NCBI GenBank assembly: GCA_964016885.1
Contig: OZ024740.1
Span: forward strand, 172,856,001-172,920,000
Reading direction: 5' to 3'
Length of the DNA stretch: 64,000 bases
DNA from: Eledone cirrhosa
Taxonomy: Eukaryota
Positions 23,830-38,378 of this stretch are shown here, one piece after another. Every line of letters begins with the position of its first letter. The first letter of the stretch is position 1. Under the pieces are notes generated by a model. That model saw only the letters and a program-made list of their open reading frames with translations, did no database searches and was not told where the DNA came from. The position numbers and the translations under genes are program-made.

Positions 23830-26800
23830 TCTTCGTTATCATCCCATCTGCGTCAATGACTTCGTAGATGACTTTGTAGGCCAGCTGTAGATCTGCATGG
23901 TTTTCGACATAGATGACAGAGGAGAGTTGTGTTTTCTACAGGACTGCTGGTGTCACCCTGTGGGACACAATCTTTATGTACCACCATGTGGTTTTTTCGT
24001 CCGGAACTAGTTCTACACACTTTGTTGCATATCACGCACGTTGTTTCGCCAGGTCTTTGTTGAGTGGTGTTGCAGGTGGTTATCCTTGTGACTTCAGGTG
24101 ATTAACATAACCAGCCTTTGAGAGGAGTACACGTTGACAGCATTTCCATGTCCAACTACTGATGTTTTCAACAAGACTGTGAGCACAGCCCTTCCGGAGC
24201 TGATGCCTCAGTTGTTTATGTTCTAGACGACATTCCTCAAAAGTTTTTCAATTGCCCTTAATGCGCTTTCTCTACTCAACCTTATTTAGAGCTATCTCCT
24301 CCAAGTTGTCAATATCAAATGCCAGCTCTTTGTGATTGTTCTTGATAATGTCCCTGAACCTCATTTTAGGTTTATGTTGAGGTCTTTTTCGAATATGGAG
24401 CTCACCGTAAAACAGTTGTTTCGGCATCCTGCTTTCTTTCATGCGCACGATATATCCTGTCTGTCCAGCGCATTCGAGAAGATGTTACTTGGGGCTCAAT
24501 GCTTGGACATTCTGCTTTGATAAGAATATGGATGACAAGTCTTGCTACTTAATGTTGAATATGCGCCTTAAACATTTCTGATGAAAACGCTCATGCAATT
24601 TGGTGTGTTTGCGGAATAGCGTCCAGGTTTTGGTGGAATATAAAAGAGCAGCCAGAACACATGATCTATACACACACACCTTGGTGTTGTTGGTAATGTT
24701 GCAATTCGCCCAAACTCTCTTTTCCAACAGAGGCCTTCGGGATGCGCAGATGTATTTCAGCATCCAAGGAGCCATCATTTGAAAGTGTGTTACACAAGTA
24801 GACAAATTTATCTACTACTCCCAGCCTGGTTCCATCAAACATGATATTGGGTTCAGTATATGGTTCTCCAGGAGCAGGGGTAAACTTTACTTTGTTTTTT
24901 TTAAGGTTGATTGTGAGCCCAAATGCTGTACACGAAGATGAGAAATGGTCCATAATTTGTTGCATGTCAGCTTCTGTGTGTGCTGTAAAATGAGCGTCGT
25001 CGGCGTAAAAATCAGAGCTTGAAAAGTTTTTGTCTTGGCATTCAACCTTATTAAGTTGAAAACCTTTCCAGTGGTTCTGAACCGTAAAAGAATGCCTCTG
25101 TCACAATCATAGAAAGCATGTGTGAGCAAGGCAGCAAAGAAGATGGAGAAAAGCGTAGGAACAGGAATATCACCTTGCTTTACCCCGTTGTCAATTGGGA
25201 ATTCCCCAGATAGTTGGCCATTGAAGGTAACCCGAGCTTTCATATTTCTGTGCAGCTGCTTTAGCATACTCACAAACTTGGGTGGACATCCCACTTTTCC
25301 AAGAATTATCCAGAGTGTATCTCTGTTAACTGTGTGTAAGGCCGTCGTTAGATCGACAAGGACTTGATATAGGGGGACATACTGTTCAATGTATTTTTCT
25401 TGTATTTGTCTTACAGAGAAAATCATGTCAACTGTTCCCCTTCCTCTTCTAAAACCACTCTGTGATTCTGGGATAGCTGTAGGACAGATATCCTCCTCCG
25501 GTTTGTTGAGCAAAAGTCTTGCGAGAACCTTGCCAACAGCTTCCAACAAAGTGATGCCCGGTAGTTTCAACATACCGATTTTTCATCTTTGCCTTTGTAT
25601 AATGACAACAGAATACCGTTGATCCAGTCTTGCGGAACCGGGGTCCCAGCAATCAATGATGAAGTTGTTTATTGCTTCTGTTACATTATCACCACTGACT
25701 TTCAGCAGTTCAACTGGGATACCATCTGGACCTGGCGCCTTGCCAGAGTTAACCTCTTGACTGCCAGCTTTATTTCATTAGCAGCAGGAAGTCGATCCAT
25801 ACAGTGGGCTGTTTCACATTGAGGAAGGCCCTCTATCACTCCAAAATTAATAGCTGATGGGTTGTCAAACTGGTCTGTAAAATGTTCCTCCTAACGCTGA
25901 AGGATTTCGACGGCGTTTTGATGATGATATTGGCAGAGGAGTTACTGAAGATGTTGGTGGGCCGAAGACTTGGCGTGTCAATGAGTAAAATGAATTAGAA
26001 TCTTTAGTGTTAAAAGCCTGTTGGATTTCCGAAGAGATATTACTCCAACACCCATTTTGCATCCTGCGCAGTTCGCGTTGCAGTGTTGCCTTGTGATCTT
26101 TGTAGGCTTTCCTGACAGCTGGTTGTGCTACGGGATTCTGATTCAGGAGCTTTTCATAGAAAGTGTGCTTGGTTTTCAGTAGCTGATTGATATTAGGATT
26201 GTTGTCATTGAACCAGTCCTGGTGTTTCTTGGTTCTTAAGCCAAGTACCTCAGCTCCCACTGAGTAAACTTGATCTCTAAAGTTTTTCCCAGGTACCATC
26301 AAAATCAGGACCATCAAATCTTTCAGTTAGCGTTGCATGCACATCTGCTTGCCTCAGTTTGGTGACATCAATGCGTTTCGGTGTTTTCACTCCACTCATA
26401 CGAATTCTTTTGCGGATACTCATCTTGAACTTTCCTCGCACTAATTTGTGGTCAGTACCACATTCTGCACTACGCAACACACGCACTGTACACACATCAG
26501 TTAGATCTCATTTACGAGTGATGATGAAATCAATCATGTGACCATACTTGGAACTTGGATGATACCAGGTAGCTTTATATTTGAGCTTATGATGGAAAAG
26601 AGTGTTGCAGATCGTTAAGTTGAATTCTGAGCAGATTTCAAGCAACCCAGGCCGCTGGCGTTCATTTTACCAATGCCAAATGGACCAATGGTGCCCCACG
26701 TCTCGTGATCACTACCCACACGAGCATTAAAATCACCGAGAAGTAATAATTTATCGTCAGCAGGTGTGCATGCAATGACTGCACGAAGAAACTCATAGAA

Positions 26801-27290
26801 AGAATCAATGACCACCTCACTGGTCTATAGGGTTGGTGCATAAACAGATAAAAGTGTTACATAACGGCCATGTTTCAGAGGAATACGAAGCTTCATAATG
26901 CGATCGGTTACACCAGTAGGACATTCTATACAATCAAGCAGGGATGTTCTAATGGCGAAGCCAACACCACCCTTTCTCCGTTCAGCTATGGGTTTACCTA
27001 CCCCAAAAAGAGAGAAGCCTGATGATACTTCTGTTAATTTATCTTCTCCCACCAAACGTGTTTCAGATAAAGCTGCTATGTCTATGTTCAATCTTCTGAG
27101 TTTTTTTGTCACAAGTACAATTCTACGTTCTGGACGTCCAGACGAGTTTCTGTCCAGAAATGTCCTAACGTTCCAACAACAAATGTTGAGGTTGGCTCAG
27201 TCTTTCGAGTATTCTTTGCATTTTACTTTATTCTTATTCCTGCTTGAATGTAGCAAAATAGGCTCAGGGCGCCTGTGTCTAGACTTGTGA
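23830..27290 (-). pseudogene. Near full-length decayed RTE (BovB-like) LINE: APE endonuclease + RT + C-terminal zinc finger
   Basis: IDIAALSETRL, GVGFAI, SVYAPT, LLGDFNARVG, GTDHKLV, QSGFRRGRGTVDMIF, GVKQG, ERFHQKCLRRI, CHLCRKPCRSTAGLQSHLRSH; broken by stops and frameshifts. Confidence 0.93.
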
Positions 27291-27529
27291 CTATAAGCTT
27301 CCAGCTGGTCAGATCTGCATATATTACCATTCATCTATCACCACAGTATTTCAGAAATAGCATAGACGAAGAAAGATGTTAGAGACATCTGTACATCAGT
27401 ATATTATAGTGGTAAACGCTTGTACAACACGAGTACCACTCTCTGAGTATCCACAACTAGAGTCCAGTGACATGCCGGAGCAAAATGATATACATACATG
27501 CATACGCATATACGCTCGCACATTCCACT

Positions 27530-27541
27530 CTATCTCTCTTT

Positions 27542-27612
<71 letters not shown>

Positions 27613-27635
27613 ACATATATATATATATATATATG
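27530..27635. repeat. (CT)n/(TA)n microsatellite
   Basis: Read directly. Confidence 0.95.
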
Positions 27636-28174
27636 TGGGGGGAGGGGGTGTATGCTTTAAATTAAATCTTACAATGTATAGATTACTCTCTCCCACAGAT
27701 ATATCAATGTTATGAAGTGGGGGTTAAATATATGTAATACCCTTCTCTGTCCAAATCTAACATTAATGTATAAATCTTTTCCCATTTTATTCACTGGTAA
27801 TTAAAAACTATATTTTAACAACAAACTCTAAAATAATGATATTCATAATTATGCATCCTTCTCTTCATACCTCTATTATAATTCCCAAGGAATGCTTAGC
27901 AACGAGTTATATACTGAGGCCTATAATTAAGCTAGCTTTATGATTATTATTGGCGTGTATCCGTCCTTCCATAAGCACATAAGTGTTAAAATACCCTATA
28001 GTTATTATTAGAGAACAAATTTTACACTCTCGTAACAAACATGTAATCCAATATTAAGTTAGATTCGAAAAAAAAATAACCCTAGAAAATAGACCAGATG
28101 ATTGCAATTTGTAATTCTTATATACAAAAATGAATTTATTTATGCATGCTTGTATGTAATGTAATGTAATGTAT

Positions 28175-28465
28175 TGTATGTATGTTCTTCTGGTTTTATA
28201 ATTTCACACATTTTTGCCAATATAGAGAGAGAGTCAGTTTCTATCATAGATAGAATTTACACACATCAACTAGGTAGATATGTATGCATGTCTGTATGCA
28301 TGCATGTGTGTGCAGGTATGGATGTTTTTGTATGTGTGGATGTGCATATTTTGAGTTATATGTGCGCATGTGCATATGCTTTGTATCTGTACATCTGTAT
28401 ATGCAGTTATTAGATGCAGAATTTTTGGAATGTTTTACATATTTTTACTGTTCCGTTAATGGATA
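28175..28465 (+). repeat. Second copy of the 16370-16660 dispersed repeat
   Basis: Direct similarity. Confidence 0.85.
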
Positions 28466-28469
28466 GGTA

Positions 28470-28818
28470 TGTATGTATGTATTTTTGTTTCATGTCGTAC
28501 GTCACGGTTTGCAGGTAGGCAGCTGAAATGTTGCATATGGTCACACTTTTTCAGGGACAAGATCATAAGCTATGTGACATTTTCTAAAATTTGTCCTTTT
28601 TGGCTCAAGACAGGAAAAATTATAAACACTATATTTATTTGTTTGTTTATTTATGTCGCATAGTTTTATGAAGCTTAACTTAAACCGTCCTCAATATTCC
28701 AAGATAATCTGATGATTGTAGGCATCCGTTTAAGGCAATTTATTCTAAATATTGTGAATTCATATAAATGTAATTTAAGTATTAATAAACCCAGGCAAGG
28801 TCGGGTACTGCTACAAGT
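28470..28818 (+). mobile_element. Possible non-autonomous Helitron, decayed
   Basis: Ends in hairpin acccaggcaaggtcgggt followed by actgctacaagt (CTAG-like end); (TATG) near the 5' end. Confidence 0.4.
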
Positions 28819-29118
28819 TTTTAATAACCTGTTACTATTAGAAACCAATAATGAAATTATTCCATGTCTTAGTAATACACTTCTAATATGAAATCAAGTT
28901 CCAAAACACAGAGCACCGGGTTATAATTTGATAATCTTTATAGCACTCATATTAATTTTGTATCTAAATTTCTACTCTCTCCCCAAACATCTTTTCGAAT
29001 AAACCATCATTTGTACGACATTTCTACCAAAACATGCAGCATTAATCACAATTCCAGAGAATTATATATCGCAGAAATCTCCAAGAGCAATATAACTACC
29101 ACCAATTCATCAACTGCA

Positions 29119-29119
<1 letters not shown>

Positions 29120-29149
<30 letters not shown>

Positions 29150-29860
29150 CTTCTTCTTCTTCTTCTTCTTCTTCTTCTTCTTCTTCTTCTTCTTCTTCTT
29201 CTTCTTCTTCTTCTTCTTCTTCTTCTTCTTCTTCTTCTTCTTCGCTCACATATTCCTGAGTGGGTCGTGGAGGAAGAGTCCTCAAACACTGCTTCCAGCG
29301 GGTCCTAACAGCAGGAGCAGCCTTTTACAACTAATACGACAGGATACCTAAGCGAGGCCAGCTGAACTCATGGATGTTATCCAACCATCTTGCTCGGGGT
29401 CTACCCCTGGGTCTCCTACCTGCTTGTTTTGATTGAGACATTCTAACTACATGCCCTTAATATCGGAGCTGTGATCTCTCAGTTCAGAGAAGTAGCGGTT
29501 CTACCTGACTCTCTGATCTCCGAGCTACGCAACCCATCGAGTAACTTTACTCCAAAGACCCGTCGGTGGAATCCCATTTCCGCCGCTTGTTTTCGCGAGC
29601 GCATTCTTTCGGTCATGACCCAAGATTCATGACCATAGAATACCGAATTGAAGATAACGGGTTTGGTGTTTACACCCACTTTCCTTCTTCTAAATACCAA
29701 ATGCTGAAGCTGGTGCATTACTGCACTTAATTCAGCCGCCTGCCTTCCATCACTCGTGAACATGGCTTCGAGATACTTGAACTTCTCCACCTGCTTCAGT
29801 GGAACTACATTCACATGTAGTCACTGCGCAGGCTTCCTTGAAAGGACAAGTAATATTCTT
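29120..29860 (-). pseudogene. RTE-X/Expander-like LINE 3' fragment with (GAA)n tail
   Basis: QVEKFKYL, YGHESWVMTERMRSRKQAAEMGFHRRV, PRGRPRARWLD; (TTC)n at 29120-29243 is the tail. Confidence 0.85.
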
Positions 29861-30086
29861 CAGGTAAAAAAATAATCCTCATGTCTCTACATATATTTAA
29901 TAACATTAGAATTGTGTACTTTTCTTACAATATCTTAATGTATTGATATTAAAAGGTGTCTGTTTATATCAGATAACTTAGCTTCCAATCTTTTAATGCA
30001 AACCGCCTAAAATCGCTCCAGGTTCTACAATACAAAAGAGGTTGAAAATGTTTATACTTTTCTAAAAATCTTCCATTATAATTTTG

Positions 30087-30270
30087 GGCGGTGGATTATC
30101 GGTAGAGGGTTGGATGCCATGCTTTGACGCATAGAGTTACGGCCCTTGCCATTCTGAGTTTAAATCCTGCCGAGGTTAACTTTGCCTTTCATCCTTACGG
30201 GGTCGATAAAATAAAGTACCAGTAATGCACTGGGTAATTGCTGGCATTGTGCCAAATAGAAACAATTATA
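30087..30270 (+). mobile_element. tRNA-derived SINE (Nin/Deu-domain-like)
   Basis: Same family as 3657-3845; another decayed copy at ~30618-30745. Confidence 0.88.
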
Positions 30271-31303
30271 ATTTTTGTAAGAACCTTTGGTATACTATGC
30301 TCCAAATGCCAACTTAATAATGAGAAAGTTAGATATATTATCAAATCCTTCCAAATCCTTGATTATATTCCAATCTATTTGAAAACCAAAGGCAGTATTT
30401 TTCCTTAGGAATATGGCGACAGTTTTCTTTTCCCGATATTTATTGAAAATATGTAGATAAACCCTCCTGTATTTCATATATTGTCTCTTCTGCTCTTTAA
30501 ATTACTCATATATTTTCCCGACCTTTTATGTGTTCTTTGTTTATGGATTATATTATCAAGGGTTATCCAATATGATCTAATTCTTTTAAGACAAGTATGC
30601 AGTAATTTGATACTACAATCGGCAGAATCGTTGGAACGTCGGTTTAAATACCTCGGTATTTGTTCCGGCTGACTTCGTTCTGAGTTCAAATCCCACGAAG
30701 TTTAACTTTGCCTTTCACCCTTATCAGATTAATAAATAAAATACTAGACTAGGAGGCGGAGGTTTGATGGGAAAGACCAATGGAAACACTTTTTTTCGCA
30801 CGAATTGGCGTTCGACTCCGTTCATCTGTTCTCTGTTTATGGTTGCTATTTCTAACAGGTTAATTGTCTGCATAGAAACCACTTTCCCTTTTTTAGCTCT
30901 TATTTCTGTCGTTGTTTCTGTTACTTATGATATTTTTAAAGGAAAGACGACAATCGAACTCTATTGCGATATGTATGCGAAGTCAGTTTTATTTAGAAGT
31001 CAAAGGAACATAAATAAAATAAATAAATAAAAATAGTGTTAAAAATTAAATAAAAAGGGATAAAATATATTGTTAATGTCTAGTTATAGTGTTTGAATTA
31101 TTCAAGGTTGATTAGGAGGTACATTAATGGTAATAAGAATGGAGACATAAAAAACACAAGAAAGATTGTAATAGGGTGAATTCAGTTGGTATGAGTAAAT
31201 AGAAAAGGGAAAATAAAAGAGTGGGGCATGAGGAAGAGAGAATAAGGTGGGAGCGGTGAGGTAAAGAGAGGAGGAATAAGGAAGGTGGATGAGAAAGAAA
31301 GAA

Positions 31304-31419
<116 letters not shown>

Positions 31420-31949
31420 GATAAACAAAGAACTGGGTGTAATTCTGCTTCCTGGTGGGTATCACCGTGGCGGAATATGAATGTATTTAAAGGTGTTAGA
31501 TGGTGGTTGTTATGATATTGTATGTATGTATGTATGTATGTATGTATGTATGTATGTATGTATGTATGTATGCATGCATGTACGTACACACGCATATACA
31601 CAAGTCCGCATGCGCACACACAAGTGTTAAATTGTGCATTGTGTAGCTGAGGCCAACTATTACTGTAACAATATAGGTCTTAACTGGAGCTGTGAGAAAT
31701 GTAGATGTAAGCACTGACATTTATATATGATTGCATATAAATATGTCTTGATTGCACATTTCTTTGTAGATTAAACAAGATGAACAACGAATTTATAGAA
31801 TATTTCAGCTGCTTAGCGCACAATTTAATATATATTTGAATTAGCTACCACTGTAACTACTAATATGTAAATTGGTAAATTTAGTTTGATGCTTCTGTCA
31901 CATGATGGGTTTATAAAGTCTCCACAAACAATTTAAACTGTTTCACAGG

Positions 31950-33350
31950 TAACGACTAGATTACATAAATATGCAAGTGTGTACAAGGAGAAACCGTAAC
32001 GAGTCACACAAGCCATATCTAGATAGGGTATTTATTAGGACAACAGACATAATAGACCACGAATTTGTAATCAGCTCGGTCAACTTAGAAGAAGGCCACA
32101 AGTGGTGGTTGTCGGAAGCAATGGTCAACAACAGATGGCGGGGTACTCTGAAGACAGGGATTAATGTGGTTTAGCAAAAGAAGTATAAATGTAGAAAAAT
32201 AAACTAGAGGTGGTGCCAGAGGTAAGGAGCAATTGGGACAGGCATCGTAGTTGGCATGCTGGCTGTGGGAATTACTGTACACTGATTCTTTTACACAAAA
32301 CATGAAAGTTCCTTTGTCAAAGCTAGGATTCATATTCTAAAACACGAAGGGACGAAAGCCATGCGATGGATTCAGATGGAAGTGGCTCACCGTGACAGCA
32401 ATGCCGCAACTAAGTCTTTGACGGATTGGGATGGGCACGTGCTGGTCGATTCAAAGTAGATATGTGCAGATTTGCTCAACTGTTCGGAGGGACCGGTAGA
32501 AAGGGAATGGAAGTGAAACATATTGCCTACCTTGACGGTTTGTCACGGCTATCGACGGATGATACGGAATTCTGTGAAAAACCGTCAACAGCAGCTAAAA
32601 TACGGATGGCGGTAAATGGTTGTATGAGGGACAGATCACCTGATTGGATGGACTACTTTTAAAACACACACATGTTCATCGACATTTGGCAGACATCTAC
32701 CGCAATTGGCATCGGAACGGGTGAATGCTCAGCACTGTGAACTGGGGGGTGATAGAGCTGCTGAGAAAGAACACGAATAAAGAAACGAACGGATAATTTC
32801 CGATCCGTACTCTGCTGAACACATTGTGAAGGTCGCCTTGTCACCTTCTTTTCGTCGGGAATGACAGGCAGTTTTCTTTTCTTGTGGCCATGGCGAAAGA
32901 GGTTGTGAGGCGGATACGACCAGGCCTTCATTAACTTTTTAAGGTTACACTACGAAAGAAAGGTGATGGTAGAGGAGAGGTGCTGGGTGAAAATGGTGAA
33001 CAAGCCTACTCCGCGTATGCGCCTGTAAGCTGGAAGAGCAGGCTTCTTTTATCTGCTTAGTGGTCGTGGTGAAAGAAGTCGTATGGTGGAGGCGTTTGAA
33101 AGGGTTGAAGACGGGCACTTTCCTCTTCAGTGATGCTCTCATTAAATTTTTTAGGTTTCACCTGAAAAGGAAAATTAGGTTGGAGAAGGAAGTGCTGTCT
33201 TCCAGCCAGTTTCTTTAAAGGTGAGTAAGAGAAGCAAGAATAGCCTGTGTGAATGGGCCTGCTCTGAGCGTGTGTCTGTAGTTATGAAGGGGGACAACTA
33301 GGAGAGGGCGTTTGCCCTAGCGGTCAGGGTGACCGTGTCTTTAGTAGGCT
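31950..33350 (-). pseudogene. Highly decayed CR1/Jockey-like LINE fragment
   Basis: GC-richer block; minus-strand remnants NPSFDKGTF and KTTLIPVF in the order expected at the RT N-terminus. Confidence 0.35.
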
Positions 33351-33758
33351 TTCTCTACGAGTAACCCTCAGTGGTCCTATTAGGGTATTTGTTTTTGTTT
33401 TTATTTTTTTTTGTTACATCTTTTATTATTATTGTTATTGTTTTCCTTTTTATACACGCAGAAACCCACATTTATACCATCATGTAGCGCCCTTAATGTT
33501 TTCCTTTATGTTTCCCTTGTGTTTAATAAAGAAATCATCAATGTTATTATTATTGCGCATCTTTACTGCTTTACCGAGCACAGCTCTGTGGGCCTTGGGT
33601 ATGAGCAATGTAGTTTGTGCTGATGTTGTTTCTATTGTACTGACAGTACTTTTCGTAATATATGTGCAGTGCCTAGTAGTGCTATTTTTTTTTTAGTATG
33701 CTGTATATATTTAGAAGTCCTGGGGTTTGGATTATGTATTTGTCTGTTATTATTATTA

Positions 33759-34378
33759 TGGTGAATTGGCAGTATCGGTAGAGGGTTGGACGCCATGCTT
33801 TCTAGCATAGTTACGTCTCTTTACAGTCTGAGTTCAAATCCCGCCAAGTTTAACTTTGCCTTTCATCCTTACGGGGTCGATAAAATAAAGTACCAGTAAT
33901 GTACTGAGTATTTGCTGGCCTTGTGCCTAAAGTAGAAACAATTATTATTATTACAGAGCGGTGGATTGGCAGTATCGGTAGAGAGTCAGACACCATGCTT
34001 TGAAGCATAGAGTTACATCCCTTTATGATCTGAGTTCAAATCCCGCCGAGGTTAACTTTGCCTTTCATCCTTACGGGGTCGATAAAATAAAGTACCAGTA
34101 ATGTACTGGGTAATTGCTGGCCTTGTGCCAAAAATAGAAGCAATTATTATTATTACAGAACGGCGGTGGATTGGCAATATCGGTAGAGCGTCAGACACCA
34201 TGTTTGCAGCATAGAGTTACGGCCCTTTACAGTCTGAGTTCAAATCCCGCTGAGGTTAACTTTGCCTTTCATCCTTACGGGGTCGATAAAATAAAGCACC
34301 AGTAATGTACTGGGTCGATTTAATCGAGTCTCCACCCCCAAAATTGCTCGCCTTGTGCCTATAGTAGAAATCATTATT
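33759..34378 (+). mobile_element. Three head-to-tail tRNA-derived SINE copies
   Basis: Copies start at ~33759, 33958 and 34163, each ending in (ATT)n. Confidence 0.92.
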
Positions 34379-34641
34379 ACATCCTTTGTTTTTATTTTAT
34401 ATATTTGTTTCTAGACGCAGAAACAGTCATTTGTATCGTCCAGTGTTGTCCTTAATGTTATGCTTTGTGTCAACCCTTGTGGTTAATAAAAAAAATCATT
34501 ATTATTATTATTATTATTATTATTGCATGCACTTAACATATTTAAAATCGGTAATTTTCATTTTATTTCTAACTTCCACCTGCATCTAATGCATTTATTT
34601 ATTTTCCTGTTTTACGAGCGCCCTCACCATTTACTTGCAAT

Positions 34642-34805
34642 TTTTACATATATAATTATTCCGTCTCCGCTGCCTATCTGGATAGATAGATAGATGAATA
34701 GTTACATGGATATATATATATATATATATATATATATCCATGTAACTATTCATCTATCTATCTATCCAGATAGGCAGCGGAGACGGAATAATTATATATG
34801 TAAAA
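34642..34805. repeat. 164-bp perfect palindrome centred on a (TA)n tract
   Basis: ttttacatatataattattccgtctccgctgcctatctgg...ccagataggcagcggagacggaataattatatatgtaaaa. Confidence 0.95.
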
Positions 34806-34844
34806 TATATAGATAGATAGATAGATAGATAGATATATAGATAG

Positions 34845-34908
<64 letters not shown>

Positions 34909-34957
34909 TAAGGGTGAAAGCACCGATTCTTTGCTTAAACTTTAATCTGTTATTTTA

Positions 34958-35060
<103 letters not shown>

Positions 35061-35079
35061 TATGTGTATATATATATTT

Positions 35080-35279
35080 ATAGGAAAAAGTATGACTCCG
35101 ACGGCAGAGCTTAAGCCGTTTCGACGGCTATTTCTGGACTGTCCAGAAATAGCTGTCGAAACGGCTTGAGCTCTGCCGTCGGGGTCATACTTTTTCCTAT
35201 TTCCCACTCTACTACCCTAAGTATTGAGTACTCTGGTGCGTTATGTTACATCTGGTTCCTTACCACAATTCCTTTGTTA
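35080..35279 (+). mobile_element. Hairpin family A copy
   Basis: Palindrome 35080-35200 plus the same tail as the 18693 copy. Confidence 0.85.
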
Positions 35280-37284
35280 TATGTATTTATATATATATAG
35301 ATTTCTATCTCTTGTTTCTCTCTCTCTCACTCCGCCCTCTCTCTCTCTATATATATATGTGTGTGTGTGTGTCTGTGTGTATATATCTATGTATTTTTAT
35401 CACAAATCTCCCATTTATCTCATTTATCTCTGTTGCGAATGTCTTTTTTTTTCTCTCCATCTATCAATCTTTCTTTTTGCTTCCTCTTGTTCTCTCTTTC
35501 CCCCTCTCTCTTTCTCCCCCTCTCTCTCTCTTCCCCCCTCCCCTCTCTCTCTTCCCCCTCTCTCTTTCTCCCCCTCTACCCCCTCACTATCTCTCTGCTC
35601 TCTACCACTCTTCTTACTCTCATATGCATTCTCACTTATGAACTTTGCCTAGATCTTGCTTTCTCTTTCCCCCCATAAAACGCAATTTGCCTTTGTAAGA
35701 TAAGCTAGGCGTAGTTGGGACAGTACCGTCAGGCTAGCTGGTCTTATGAGAGGTGGTGCTGCTGGTGGGATGGTGGTGTTAAGGGAAGTGGTTCCGATGT
35801 AGGCTACTGATCGTGACAATTGCACCGCATCAAATTGCCATTAAACTTTCATTGGTCCCAAATTAGCGAAACGCAATAATAATGACGATGATGTTGGCGA
35901 TGACTATGATGATGATGTTGGCGATGACTATGATGATGATGATGAAGAAAAAAGAATAAATAATAATAAAAAATAAAATCTTGTGTATATATTAACCATG
36001 TCTTGCACCTATTAACAAATAATATGAGTATAAGAAAAAAAATAAAGAATAGATTCGAGGGGAAATTAATGCATACAAATATACATGAATATACATACAC
36101 AGTGAAGCATGACATGGAAAGGCCATATTTGACGCGGGTGATGACAGCAATAACGCGTGGCATTTACACACATAAGTAAAAACCTAAAGTAAAATATTAA
36201 AAAAAAAACACAGCTAGAGTAACTACTGCCAAGAAATAGTAGCTATATCTCTCTTCTTGATATCATTCATTCGCCACTGACTTAGACAGTAGATAATATT
36301 GTCATGTATTTCACACCAATTTCAGGAAAATATGATATAGCCGTAACTGGAACACCTTTCATCATTGATCGTCTTCCCGTTCAGAGCTGACATGAGGCTA
36401 AACAACAACTGCCAGTGTAAGAGGCTGTACCCACGAGCGAGCTTTCACGCATTTAATCTACCTGATAGAAATAGCAACCAAAGTTTCCTCAAATCATAAA
36501 CACAGTCGTTGTCTAAGATATATTGGATAATGTAGCCCAAGGTACACTGCACAACAATAAATAACAATAACAACAATAACAACTACCGGTGGATGAAACC
36601 GAGCCAAACTGGTACTTTTGAGTGGTAGGCTTAATCTTACACTACTTTTAACACCACTGCCGGCTTTTGGGTGCCTTTAGTAGAGTCTATACTATTGTAA
36701 GCATTCGGGCTGGGTTTCTGATTTGAGGATATTTTCCTCTATCCCACGAGTTTTGGAGGTGAGGAAAACAGTCGAACACACCGCCTTTCCTCTAGACTAA
36801 ACAATAAAATAAAATAAAAAATACAATAGAAAAAATAACACACTCGATTCACTCTTGTTTAAAATAATCTCAACTTAAAAAAGAAAAAGCTAGGTTGGGC
36901 ACTTCTACACGATCGATCACCAAATAGAAATAGCAACCAAACATTTTTCAGATTATATCCCGTTACCTTAAACGAAAAAGAGAAAAGTTAGTTTCAACAA
37001 TGTATTTTTAGATATTCAAAATTACAAGATAATCTTTTAGATATGTGAGCGACACAATATCAACAATTTGCCTTATAAGATAAGAGTGTACTAACTATGC
37101 TGACAACAGAACTAAACTGTATCTCCAATAGATACCATAACGAGCTCATGGTTGCTATACAACCAAATTGCTCGTGGTCTACATCTGGGTCTCGTAAAAT
37201 CTGTCCAGCGATTATTTCCTTAGACATTCTAACATGTCCGTAGTATCAGAGCTCTAATTCGGAGAAATAGTGGCTCTACCTGGA

Positions 37285-37850
37285 GAGAGTCTCTGATCTC
37301 CGAGCTATGCAACCCATCGAGTAAAGTTTTTCATAGGCTCTTCGGAGGAATCCCATTTCTGCCGCTTGTATTTCTGATCGTATTTTTAGATCATTAAACC
37401 AAGAGGTTTGAACGAACACCGAATTGTAGATTGAATGTTTGGCGCTTAAATCTACCCCACTTCTAACTGGCCGAGTGCTGAAGCTGGCGCATTATTGCAC
37501 CAAATTCAGCAATTCTTGCACTTAATTCAGTCTGCCTTCCACCACTCGTGAAAACGGACCCGAGACACATGAACTTCTCCACTTGCTGCTTCAGCGGAAC
37601 TCCACTCACATGCAGAGTGAACTGTGTAGGCATTCTTCAGAGGTTGAGTACTTCAGTTTCCGCAGCAATGATTTTCATTCCTTCCGTGTAGGAAACGTAT
37701 CAAGTACATATCGGAGTTGACCTTCAGACTATTTAAATAGTACCATGCCGTCTGTAAATTGCAACCGACTGATGCCATACCCATTGGTTTTGATACCACA
37801 TCCAACTCGCTTGAACATTATGAACAGGAGAGGGGACAGTATGCACCTTT
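37285..37850 (-). pseudogene. RTE-X-like LINE fragment, same family as 29260-29860
   Basis: Shared tctctgatctccgagcta.gcaacccatcgagtaa and gaacttctccac. Confidence 0.8.
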
Positions 37851-38064
37851 GTACCTGTAAATTCAAAGAACAGCTATGTCATGCACGCTGAATCACGCTG
37901 AATCTCCCTGAGAACTATGTCTAATGTACACGTGAATTTTATAAGCAGGCTGTTCCGTTGGTCAAACAAATGGAGCACTCATCGTCGAAACTGATGGAAG
38001 CCTAACACTCACACTCTCGCACGCGAGTGTGTGTGAGTGCTAGACCTCCATATATATATACATA

Positions 38065-38106
<42 letters not shown>

Positions 38107-38194
38107 TATGTATATATATATATATATATACATAGGAGACGATCGACTTTCGTCAAATCGGACCGAGGGAACAATGTTTCCGTCGGTCTTTCCA

Positions 38195-38352
38195 ATTGCT
38201 AATACTATCTATCGGTCGCAACTCCAGGTACAAGGAGCAACGTGAAATAAAGTGTCTTGCTCAAGGACATAACGCATCGCCTGGTCTAGGAATCGAACTC
38301 ACAACCTTACGATTGCGAATCCAATTCTCTAACCACTCCGCCACACGCCTTC
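38195..38352 (-). mobile_element. tRNA-derived CORE-like SINE
   Basis: Minus strand aggcgtgtggcggagtggttagag...gagttcgattcc...tgtccttgagcaagacactt. Confidence 0.8.
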
Positions 38353-38378
38353 ACCTATATATACATATATATATATAT

